Assembly: GCA_009859145.1 (NCBI GenBank)
Contig: VRVR01000036.1
Span: forward strand, 136,604 to 200,603
Direction: 5' to 3'
From: Andalucia godoyi And28
Taxonomy: Eukaryota; Protista; Jakobida
Length of the DNA: 64,000 bases
The notes below the pieces were generated by a model. The model worked only from the letters and a program-made list of their open reading frames with translations, searched no databases and was not told the origin of the DNA. Each line of letters begins with the position of its first letter. The stretch's first letter is position 1. The position numbers were made by a program, and so were the translations under genes. This document shows positions 18,596 through 28,452 of the stretch, piece by piece.

Positions 18596-20872
18596 TCACG
18601 CAACGGGTGCATACTCTGGAGGGCACGGTCCTGGAGACGCGAGGTCATGTACATTCATAGGTTCATCGTATTCCTGTCGTTTGACTTGCCCAGTCGCTGC
18701 CAACTCGTCTTCCGAAGGTCTTGGATCGTTGTTGTTATTACCGCTGACGTTGTTGTTTTTTCGAGCAGACTGCGGACCATTAGCGCGATTCGCATATGCG
18801 GCGAACAGCATCGTTGAGAACGCACCTTCAGCGAGCACAGGCCCAGAGGAATTTCTTCGTCCACTGCTGCTTCCAGGAGGATTTCTGGGAGACGGAGAAG
18901 CCATGCCAAGGGGAGATCCCGCTCGATCAGTTCCACTCTCGACATTCTGCAGAGCTTCTCGCATAATCATAGGAGAAACAGGCTTTTGAAGCGACCTGAT
19001 TGACGGAGAAGGTGACGAGGAAGTCTGGCCACGAGAACGAGATCTTGAAGACAACCTCGGTTCCACTGGGACCGTAAGTTCCGGAGTCCAGTTTTCTCCA
19101 GAGGCGTGAGGAACCACCTTTGACTGTTCACGTAAAACCCGAGCCTTTTCTTGCCTTCTCAAGAAATCCTCCAGTCCTGGAACGTCATCTTCGTTCAAGG
19201 ATCGCGAGGAACTTGGGGATGAATACCCAGAATTATCATTTGCTCCGGGGGCGGAAGACGACGGCAGCGATGGAGTCATCGGCTGGAACGTACATTCCTG
19301 CACTTCACGAGCATCTTTGGCTTCCCGTTCCTTGTGGATCCTTTCATCTTTCCGCTTTGCCCACACAGAAAGACGCTCCACAACATCCGCATCCCCCAAA
19401 TCGACATCATATTCCTCGTGATGCAGCCGATTTTCAGATGTCGTCGACACGCGTTGGGGTCTGAATGTGCATTCGGAAAGCATGCGCTGTTCGTTCTCTT
19501 CCCTCATCCTTTGCAACTTCTCGATTTTTGATCTAGACTTTGCGTGCAAATACTCGCCTCGGTCTTGATACGACGTGGCAACCTTCGACGATAGCTTCTT
19601 CGAGTTTCCATCAATCTTGGGATGGAACGTACATTCTGCCAACTCCTTCAACAAGAAGTCCGGGTCCCTTGGAGCTGGAACCACCTTTGGAGAGAGCAAT
19701 CGATCCCAAGATGAAGAGGGCATGCGATTTGCCATGTACTCCGACGTCGGGTTCATTTTTGCAGGCGCATACAACTTTGCCATCTCAACTTCCCACTTGG
19801 CCTGGATTTTCCGCTTTGATTCTTCTGAACGTTTCAAAATGACATCCTCCGGATGAGCACTCTGCGACCGAGTAGGGGATGAATTCAGCGAGGGATCAAG
19901 CTCCGCCTTGCACCGCCTTCGCTTCTCCTCAATGTCTGACGCCATTTCGTAAAGACGGTCAAATGGGTTTCCGTTTCTCTTCAATGCGGCTGCTCGTTCT
20001 GTGATCTGTGGGTGCCCGGGATTCTCCACTGCATCGACTTCAGTCTGAAGATCCAGAAGATGCAGTCTGCGCTTCATGTCATATTCAAGCAGATGATCCT
20101 CGACTCGTTCGCCTTCCCGCCGCGATTTTGAAGCCAGTTTTGCAGATCTGCGATTGATGTCCGGTTCAAAACGTGCCTCAGCGGCTTCCGATGCTTGTTT
20201 CTCCTGACGGAGCTGTTCAATACGTCGCTGGCGATCCGCGTCCCAAACGTATATGGCATCCACATTGCGACCGGCCACACGCTCTCCGTGTTTGGATATC
20301 TTTGGCTTCAGAGTCAGCTCACCTTGCTCAGCCTCTTTTGCCTTGACTTCCTTGTCCGTTCTTTCTTTCTCCAGTTTTTCCTGCGATGACGCATATCTCT
20401 CGATGAGTCGCACATAGACAGGAACCTCGGATTTGATGTTTTGTGCCTTTTTCGACAGTTGGGGAGACGAAAGCGCTTCTCGTTCCGATTGGATCTTTTG
20501 TGTTCGCTGGTTCTCGATCTTTTCCTGAGACGCCTTCCAGAACGTCATTAGTCTATCTTCAACACGAGGCCCGTCTGGAGACCGCGGACTCGACGTTGAT
20601 TCCCCATTGTTCGACAGGTACGCTTGGTGCTCCTCCAGCTGAGACCGATGAGATGCGAGTTCGGCGGCATACCGATCCAATCTTGCTTGACTACCAACCC
20701 ACAGTAACAAACAAGGAATACGAAACACCAACAACACAAAAAACATCATCATCATAAAATACGATCATGTAAGAGAGGCTGACTCATACAGAAAACTAAC
20801 ACAAGAAAGCAGGAGGAAAACATGCAAAACGACATACATTTTGTAAGCAATTGAATCATTCGGCGAACTCAT
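18596..20872 (-). CDS. Charged coiled-coil protein with ECTFxP repeats (likely cytoskeletal); probable exon 1 20872-20838 and exon 2 from 20690
   Basis: ECTFHPKI, ECTFRPQ, ECTFQP and related ELTLKPKI/RFEPDIN repeats. GTATGT..GGTAG intron gives in-frame MSSPNDSIAYKIQARLDRY. Confidence 0.75.
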
Positions 20873-21477
20873 TTTCAAAAGTTTCTTTTTGAGGTCTTCT
20901 TCGTCTTCTCTCTTTTCAAACGACAATCAAGAACGGGATATTTCGGAACCGGAGGCGAATCAGTGCAAATCTGTTAATAGCGCAATGACGTCCGCAGACA
21001 AAAGCAATACACGAGAATAGAAATACTAGAAAGGGTACAGCGCACTGGATGCTTTTTTTGTTTTGTTTTTGGACGAAAGAAAACAAAAAAGCAAAACGAG
21101 GAAAATCGATCGAACGAGAAAATTGAGGTAGATTAAGGAAAGGAAAGCAGTCTTAAAGGACAACCGTCAGGCTCAAACGTCTCCAGCGTGCACTGACACA
21201 TTCCCCCTCTCTCTTTGAATGCGTCTCCGAAGAGGCGCTGACAAGAATGACAGTTTTTTTTGGATGCATGCTTACATATGTAATTTTTTCTTCTTTCCTT
21301 TTGACAAAAGGCAACGTCGTCGCGGGGCATCACTTGAAGCTTTGTCAGTTGTCAGTCAGTCTCGCTGACATGTCATCCTGTCGCTCGTGACCTCAAAGAC
21401 TTGCTGCTCTTCTGTATGCGCGTTCTTTTCGTCTTCTTTCTTGTCTTTCGAGCGAGATTGAGCGCAGAGAAGAAGAA

Positions 21478-23547
21478 ATGTCCACGTTCAACGAGGAAAA
21501 GTTCATTTTCAATGAGCCGGAAGTCCAGCTCAACACAGATTTTTCAAATTGCGTGTTGATCGACAATGTCCCAGTCGTCGGCCAAGATAAACTGTCAAAG
21601 TTGTCTGCGGCACTTTCCAAGACGTTTTCCAAAGTCATTTCAAAGATCCCTGAAGACGCAAAGTTCATTCCCGTGGATGCTCAAGGCAACACACGTGGTT
21701 TTATGTTCATTGAACTTCCAGACAAGGCCTCTGCCGATCGATTCCGTGAGAAAATGGACGGGCACAAGTTTGACACGAAGCATACGTTCCGCGTAATATC
21801 TGTTGCAGAACTTGTGGACCTGCGTTCTATGACTGACGAAGTTCCTGAATTTTCAGTACCCGAATATGCCGCCGGCGAACGCGCGCATCTGCGTGACCAT
21901 TTGACGGATAAGCGTGCTCGCGAACAGTTTTTGATTCGTGTTGGAGCCAAGTCAGAGTTGTACTGGAAGGACAATGTTCTGCAGAGCAAATTGGTGGCTT
22001 CAAAGGAAGACTGGACATCTGATCGTCGAGATGTCATCTTTTCTCCGCTTGGAACGTACGCTGCAACATTCCACATGCAGGGCATTGCAGTCCACGGTGG
22101 ACCGAATATGGAGCGTATCCAGCGGTTTAAGCATGAGCGATCGGATCAGGTGCCGAATCTTGCTGCATTTTCACCATCCGAAACATTCCTCATGACATGG
22201 TCCAACTATCCCGCAGACCGAAAGGATGAACCAGGAAAGGTTCGCATTTGGGACGTGTCGACGGGCATTGAAGCGTGTGCTGGGTTTGACAATGTTGTTG
22301 TTTATCCTTCTGATGCAGGTCCCAATGCAGAACCGAGCAACTGGCCTGCGTTCAAGTGGTCTCACAACGACGAATACCTCGCCAGAATCGAAGAAGGTCA
22401 GTTGGCGATCTACGAAACAAGGGGCTTCAAGCTGCTGGGGGGTTCCCGCATTGCGATTGACCGACTTGTGGACTTCCAATGGTCTCCTCACAAGAACATT
22501 CTTGTGTACTGGGTAGCCGAATCTGGAAATATTCCTGCCAGAATTACGCTTATGGCAGTTCCGGATCGCGCTGAATTGCAGAAGAAGACAATTTTTAATG
22601 TCGAGAAGTTGCGCGCCATTTGGCATCCCCATGGAGATCTTTTGGGAATGATCGCAGAAAAGACCCCCGCCTCGGGTCTTCCGACGACATTGGAAGTGTT
22701 CCGAATGAATCACAAGGGAATTCCTGTCGAAAGTATTGCACTTGATTCCAAGGAGCATCTTGTGGACTTTGCGTTTGAACCGAACTCGACTGCTGATCGA
22801 TTTGCTGTAAGTTTTACAGTAGAGGGTCTTCCCACTACCAGGACGAATGTCCGGGTCTATGCTATCGAAAAGGACAAGCTCAAGGTTGTCGGGACGCTCG
22901 AAAAGAAGGTCTGCAATGTGCTGCTTTGGTCTCCTCGTGGACGATTTCTGGCTCTTTGTGGTCTGTGGCGCCCATACGACAACCCCAAGTTCCAGGGCTA
23001 TGTTGAATTCATCGATGTACAAGGCGAAGGAAAATCGTCTCCACCGTTGTCAACTACTGGCCAAGCGGAGCATGTTTTCATGGACACTGCTACGTGGGAT
23101 CCTTCAGGCCGGTATTTTGCTGCAGCAGTCACTTTCCACAATCGTCAAGGCGAGAACGGCTTCACGATTTACAACGCCCGCGGTCGTGCTCTTGACCAAC
23201 TCAAGAAGGATGCGTTCTGGCAGTTCACGTGGCGCCCTCGTCCTCCTCTGATGCTTTCTGCTGACGAGATCGCGAAGGTCAAGGCGTCACTCAAGGATCG
23301 CACTGCCAAGTACCGAAAGGAAGACGATGCCCTCAGTCACAACCTTTCCGAAGAGGAGATTGCTAAGAGAAGAGAACTCACAGAAGAATTCACCAAATGG
23401 CAGCGCAAGTGGGCGGAAGGCACAATGCGGTACCATTCCGAACTCCGTAGAGCAAATATTCTTCGCGAGTCTGATGCAGACGAGTGGGTAGAAGACACTA
23501 GAGTGGAAGAAACCGTTGTGGAGGAACAGACAGAGCGCATTGAGTAA
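21478..23547 (+). CDS. EIF3B: Translation initiation factor eIF3 subunit B
   Basis: N-terminal RRM (VLIDNVPVV...TRGFMFIE...DGHKFDTKHTFRV), beta-propeller region (FSPLGTY, WSPRGRF, WDPSGRY, WRPRPP) and C-terminal helix. Confidence 0.96.
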   Translation: MSTFNEEKFIFNEPEVQLNTDFSNCVLIDNVPVVGQDKLSKLSAALSKTFSKVISKIPEDAKFIPVDAQGNTRGFMFIELPDKASADRFREKMDGHKFDTKHTFRVISVAELVDLRSMTDEVPEFSVPEYAAGERAHLRDHLTDKRAREQFLIRVGAKSELYWKDNVLQSKLVASKEDWTSDRRDVIFSPLGTYAATFHMQGIAVHGGPNMERIQRFKHERSDQVPNLAAFSPSETFLMTWSNYPADRKDEPGKVRIWDVSTGIEACAGFDNVVVYPSDAGPNAEPSNWPAFKWSHNDEYLARIEEGQLAIYETRGFKLLGGSRIAIDRLVDFQWSPHKNILVYWVAESGNIPARITLMAVPDRAELQKKTIFNVEKLRAIWHPHGDLLGMIAEKTPASGLPTTLEVFRMNHKGIPVESIALDSKEHLVDFAFEPNSTADRFAVSFTVEGLPTTRTNVRVYAIEKDKLKVVGTLEKKVCNVLLWSPRGRFLALCGLWRPYDNPKFQGYVEFIDVQGEGKSSPPLSTTGQAEHVFMDTATWDPSGRYFAAAVTFHNRQGENGFTIYNARGRALDQLKKDAFWQFTWRPRPPLMLSADEIAKVKASLKDRTAKYRKEDDALSHNLSEEEIAKRRELTEEFTKWQRKWAEGTMRYHSELRRANILRESDADEWVEDTRVEETVVEEQTERIE

Positions 23548-23783
23548 TTAATGAAGAAAAAAAAAGGATAGCATGAAATGATACTTGTGTTCAATACGTT
23601 TTTTGTTTCGATGCTTAAGTTGCAGAATAAAAATACTGCAGGGACGAGAATGAGCATCATCATGCAGGACTGCCAGGTCAGGTCAGGTCAGGTCTGGGCA
23701 GGTCGTGATCGTCACGGGATAATTCACGTCCAAGACGTCCGGACGATGCGGCATGATCTGTATAATGGAAGTTTGACAAAACA

Positions 23784-23824
23784 GAAGAAGAAGAAGAAGA
23801 AGAAGAAGAAGAAGAAGAAGAAGA
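23784..23824. repeat. (AAG)n microsatellite between convergent 3' ends
   Basis: Direct reading. Confidence 0.95.
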
Positions 23825-23846
23825 AAGTTCAGAAGACGGATACTCT

Positions 23847-26800
23847 TTACCTACGGACATACGGAGTGCAGAAGACGTTCGAGCAGTGAGCGATTCGTAT
23901 GTCCTTTAGGGATGTCACGCTGTTCACTGCTCGGAAAACGGTCAGAGGAAGACCGTCCGAACCAATCACCATGTCCAGATCGTCGGTCAGCTGCCAAATG
24001 TTACCTGTGGAATCCCCCTGGTCCACGATCTGGGGAAAGGCACTGTCACAGACGTCATTGTTGCAGTGCAAGAACGAAATGACTGCATTGGACAAGAATC
24101 CAGACGACGTCGACGTAGATACAAGGGAGATCGCGGCGAATCCGTCAGAACCAAAGCGAACCGAACTTCGAGAGCCATCGACTTGAAATCGTTGGGCCAT
24201 CACGGAGCTGTCCGGGTAAAACATTGTGCACGATGCGTCCAAACACGAAACCATCTGCACTTTGCCATTCGGCAGTCGATGGGCGATAAGAATGAATCCT
24301 GAGCGAGTTAGCGAAATCGAGGGCATCAGTCCTCCGGCTTCGATGGTGGTCAGCGTCTGGTTTTGGGCGCATGCTACAGTGGTCATCAAGCATGCCAAAA
24401 CAGTCAGTGACGATGCTCGCTGGAAGGCAAAGACCGGGTCACCATTTGCAGAAACTGCCACAACAGGCCCATCGGTCACAGAAGCAATTGTGGTGGCCGA
24501 TGAAACGTATCCAACAGCACAGATCACGTTGGTATCGAAGCACTCTACAATTTTCATGGTCGAGCTCATTCGGTACGTGACGATCAACGTCCCTCGTGCC
24601 GTAATGGTAGCTTCCATGCAATCCGGAAATGCAGACTCGGTGACAAGAACTGCGCTGATCGCCGTGAACGATTTGCAACTGGAGTCTGCACAGTGTCCAA
24701 TACGAACTCCACTGGTCGTTGAAAAGACAATCCTCATCAACCCGTCTGGTCCCAGCACTCCAATAGGATTTCGACCTTCCACCAAAAGTCCGCTGGCGTC
24801 CGACTGCAATACTTTGTACTTCCTTGTGGTTGCGCATGCAGTGTCGAAGCAGTGCACCACTCCCACGTAATCTTTCGTCTGGTAGGTAAACGAAAAAGTG
24901 ATGAATGCTTTTCCGTCCTTACCCAGAGCGATTCGGGGTCTTCCGGAGATCTGGTACTGAACGCCGAATGCGTACGTCGCGTTGGTAAAGAGCGCCGAGT
25001 ATCCTGGATTGATGTTCACTGCAGCATAAATGATGCCATCTACGGACATGTCGTTGGCAACAAAGAGAGAACCTTGGATGGAAACGTCATTCGGTGTTTC
25101 CAAAGTATTATCGGCAGATGAATATAGCTCGACATCCGTGGCTCCGCCGGTGAACACCAGTCGCGCAGAAGATGCCCCTAAAAGGACGTCTCCCGAAATG
25201 GTGACTGAATTCTTGACCTGCATCACACTCTCAATTGTCATGGAGCCTTTCACGGACAGGTGGGCGTCAGTGACAAGAGTACTGTCTAGCGTAGCTGACC
25301 TGTACAGATTTGTGGGAACGGAGGTGGAAGATCCAAAGATGAGCTTTCGATTCGTTGCGGCGCTTCCCGAGTTCTCCAAAACGATGTCTCCGAGAACGAC
25401 GAAGCCCCCATTGAACAGCGAATTTCCGTCGACGGCCAGAGTTTTTTCGACGGCAAACGAGTCGGATGTTCTCAGAGATTTGAAATCAGCTGTTTGATAC
25501 AAGCGCGTTGTTTCCTGGTCTGACGCACCAAACAGGATACCTTTGTCTCCATTCGCTATGCTTACTTCTCCAGCGAACGTCCCCTTCCCGGCCACTGTCA
25601 GATTTCCTCGGATGCTCGTCAGCGGCTGCATAATAAGCAAGGAAGTTCTGTCCTCCATCGTCATGACTGTATGTGCTGCCGAGGTTCCATCGTAAAATTT
25701 GAAATTCAAAAGGTTTGCGCTGGTTCGTACGTGCTCGATTTCATACCTGGCGTTTCGACTGGAGAGAATCATCTTGGCGGACAAATCTTGAGCGCTCACG
25801 AGCAGTTCGGCATTGGCAGTCTTGGAAACGATCTGAAAATTTGCAATTAGTGGTGATTCGACAGTGAAGTCTTTTGTGTTGATTTGGACAGTCTTGGCAG
25901 CAGAAGTCGCAGAGTTTGCGTCGATGGTGATTAAGCTGTCGGCTCCCTTGTTGATTTTGAAGATTCCTTGGCCTTCGTTCAGCAGCGTGAAGTTTCCAGA
26001 GACGGGATTTCCAGCGTGCAGCAACATCAACGAAGCGGACGCACCGGCGGTCAGCGGTGCAGCGGTTTGCAGAACCAGCGACGAGCTGGCGGATGCACTG
26101 CTGAAAGTTGCCTGGAATGCTTCTGAGTCTGTGCCGATGTTGAGCTCTTGCGTTGTAAGCTGCAGAGCGTTTGCAGAGTCAAAGACAAAGAAAGGCTTGT
26201 CCCGACGACTCATCACAAAGCTTTTGTTTCTGGTCTGCTCCAGAACGTATTCATTGACGATTGTAGTGTCTTGTGGATCTGACACCTTGAAAACAAGTGA
26301 CGCCGACGAGTTGACCGCAGCTGCGATTGTCATTGTTGAGGACCCGATTTTCGAACGAAACTCTGTTGTGAGAGCGTCAGAGTAATACAGCCGAATTTCT
26401 TCGGAAAGAAGACTCAGCTCGCCATTGGCGTCATACAGTAGAAACGGGGAGCTTCCGTCTTGCATCGAAAACTTTCCATCCATTCCAATGCCCATCCGGT
26501 ACTCCTGCTTTCCCGTTATCCAGCGAACACAAGATTCATATCCTGCGCCGGTTCGAATCGTCATGTAGGCGGAGCCGTCTTTGTTGTAGACTCGTGAGGC
26601 TTGAGTTGTAATCTGTTCGATCGACAGTTCGGTACCGTACAAACCGGACTTGGCATACAGCGAATCTGCTTTAAAAAGCCCGTTGACGGAAAAGGAACCA
26701 TCCGAAGCAATCGAAAAGAGTGACATGGATGTGTTTCCAGTTTCTCTTCGCACCGCGAAAGACCCTTCGTCGTTCACCAAGCGAAGGAACTCTCCCTTCA

Positions 26801-28037
26801 TCTGCAGAGTCCCGTCGCCTGCGACCGAAACAGTTGCAGCTGGGTTTGCAATCTGGACGGATCCCCGCAGGGCGATTTCTCCAGAGACCACAAGATCCGA
26901 AGCCAAGAACATGTTCCCTCCTGAGAACTGCAGCTGACTTGTCACGCCGGATTCTACGTTTCCCGTTGTAGTGCTGTTTGCAGAAGGGGAGGAAGAAGAC
27001 GAAGTGGCGGACTTCGTCTCGATGACCATGACGTGTTTCAGCGACACTCCAGTCTTGAACTGACCGCTGTCGTATGCTCCGAACTGAATGGTCTGACTCA
27101 TCGCACTCGCGCCACTGCCTCCCGGGACGATATTCGAAAGCCTCAGCACGGAAGGCTTGTTGTCTATGTTTTTGATTTCGATTGCCGTACCAGGCGACGG
27201 AGCATTAATGCCGATTCTTCCGGCTTTGCTGATTGTCAGTGCCCGATTGATGATCATAGTTTCCTGCATGGTAATGAGTTCCCCATACAAGAACGTAAAG
27301 GCAACCCAAATCGAAACGGGCACTACCAGCGCGATGGAGATCACCATAAAAACCAGAATGTAGGTCATGAACTCCTTCCACGACATGGGGACTTTCCTGT
27401 TTTTCACCCCGCCCCCCGCCCCGGCTTTGCTCGGCGATGCACCTTCATTCACAGGTTTGATGAGCGGCATTCCAACTGTCGAGAAGTTCGAGTTCACAAT
27501 CTCTCCTTTTCCAGGAGTAGCGGGGCTCCCTGGCGGCAGATCCTGGACGAACGAGTTCCTTTTGAACGGCGACGACGACGCTCCGGCACCGTTTGATTTC
27601 CCAAAGTCCTGACCTGATCCTCTTGAGCCTGGACTCTGTGAATTCTCGCTGAAAGACGCAGAGCTGCTGCTGTTTGTTCTCTGGAGCAGCTTTGGAATCT
27701 CGTCTCTTCGTCTCTCGGCCAAAATCCGGTTTCGAAGCTTTCCCGGAGACGAACTTTCCACCTCTAATCTTTTTCGCATTTCACTCTTTTCTTCTCTTGC
27801 ATTCTCAAACAGCGACCCACGAACCGTGACAACCTCGTCTTTTTCATCATCTTGCAGAACTATCGACTTCCTTCGTCCGTCTCCCGTCTTCAGTGTCTTT
27901 GGAACCGCCGACGAAGCTGCCGTGACGGGACTTGATGAAACGGCAGAGCTCGTCTGAAGCGTGGCCGCGGATGGCGACTCTGGAGAGCTGTCCGCGAAGC
28001 TGACCGATGCGCGCCGAACTCGTCCTGGAGAACTCAT
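23847..28037 (-). CDS. 1396-aa type II membrane protein with tail-fibre-like beta repeats and a seven-blade Cys-stapled C-terminal propeller
   Basis: Intronless ORF from MSSPGR; S/P-rich N-terminus, one TM (FMTYILVFMVISIALVVPVSIWVAFTFLY), GRIGINAPSP motif, three LY(R/Q/S)(S/T)A..L.T repeats and seven C-x4/5-C blades. Confidence 0.88.
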   Translation of the reverse strand: MSSPGRVRRASVSFADSSPESPSAATLQTSSAVSSSPVTAASSAVPKTLKTGDGRRKSIVLQDDEKDEVVTVRGSLFENAREEKSEMRKRLEVESSSPGKLRNRILAERRRDEIPKLLQRTNSSSSASFSENSQSPGSRGSGQDFGKSNGAGASSSPFKRNSFVQDLPPGSPATPGKGEIVNSNFSTVGMPLIKPVNEGASPSKAGAGGGVKNRKVPMSWKEFMTYILVFMVISIALVVPVSIWVAFTFLYGELITMQETMIINRALTISKAGRIGINAPSPGTAIEIKNIDNKPSVLRLSNIVPGGSGASAMSQTIQFGAYDSGQFKTGVSLKHVMVIETKSATSSSSSPSANSTTTGNVESGVTSQLQFSGGNMFLASDLVVSGEIALRGSVQIANPAATVSVAGDGTLQMKGEFLRLVNDEGSFAVRRETGNTSMSLFSIASDGSFSVNGLFKADSLYAKSGLYGTELSIEQITTQASRVYNKDGSAYMTIRTGAGYESCVRWITGKQEYRMGIGMDGKFSMQDGSSPFLLYDANGELSLLSEEIRLYYSDALTTEFRSKIGSSTMTIAAAVNSSASLVFKVSDPQDTTIVNEYVLEQTRNKSFVMSRRDKPFFVFDSANALQLTTQELNIGTDSEAFQATFSSASASSSLVLQTAAPLTAGASASLMLLHAGNPVSGNFTLLNEGQGIFKINKGADSLITIDANSATSAAKTVQINTKDFTVESPLIANFQIVSKTANAELLVSAQDLSAKMILSSRNARYEIEHVRTSANLLNFKFYDGTSAAHTVMTMEDRTSLLIMQPLTSIRGNLTVAGKGTFAGEVSIANGDKGILFGASDQETTRLYQTADFKSLRTSDSFAVEKTLAVDGNSLFNGGFVVLGDIVLENSGSAATNRKLIFGSSTSVPTNLYRSATLDSTLVTDAHLSVKGSMTIESVMQVKNSVTISGDVLLGASSARLVFTGGATDVELYSSADNTLETPNDVSIQGSLFVANDMSVDGIIYAAVNINPGYSALFTNATYAFGVQYQISGRPRIALGKDGKAFITFSFTYQTKDYVGVVHCFDTACATTRKYKVLQSDASGLLVEGRNPIGVLGPDGLMRIVFSTTSGVRIGHCADSSCKSFTAISAVLVTESAFPDCMEATITARGTLIVTYRMSSTMKIVECFDTNVICAVGYVSSATTIASVTDGPVVAVSANGDPVFAFQRASSLTVLACLMTTVACAQNQTLTTIEAGGLMPSISLTRSGFILIAHRLPNGKVQMVSCLDASCTMFYPDSSVMAQRFQVDGSRSSVRFGSDGFAAISLVSTSTSSGFLSNAVISFLHCNNDVCDSAFPQIVDQGDSTGNIWQLTDDLDMVIGSDGLPLTVFRAVNSVTSLKDIRIAHCSNVFCTPYVRR

Positions 28038-28101
28038 CTTTTTTAAGATCACAGCAAACAGCAATAACAACAGACAAACAGACAAAGAACAGTACTAGTA
28101 C

Positions 28102-28125
28102 TTCTTCTACTACTACTACTACTAC

Positions 28126-28184
<59 letters not shown>

Positions 28185-28214
28185 TGATGAGAATGATGAG
28201 AATGATGAGAATGA
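28102..28214. repeat. Compound microsatellite (CTA)n(AAT)n(ATGATGAGA)n upstream of the fibre gene
   Basis: Direct reading. Confidence 0.95.
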
Positions 28215-28452
28215 TAAAAAGAAAATGAAAAAGAAAAAACTGCTTTTTGCAATACTGGATTGATGTATCATGCTTTTCCATCTGGCTTTTGACTATCCGT
28301 AAAAGGGGGATTTGCAACTTCTGTAGCAGTTCTCGGGGGGTGTTTGTGTGTTGTGCATTTCATTACGACCGCAGAAAAACAGCGGGGAGAGAGAGAGAGA
28401 GAATAGATAGCCGTTGGAAGTGGGGGGAGGGAGCGGCCCTGCCAGATCTGGA

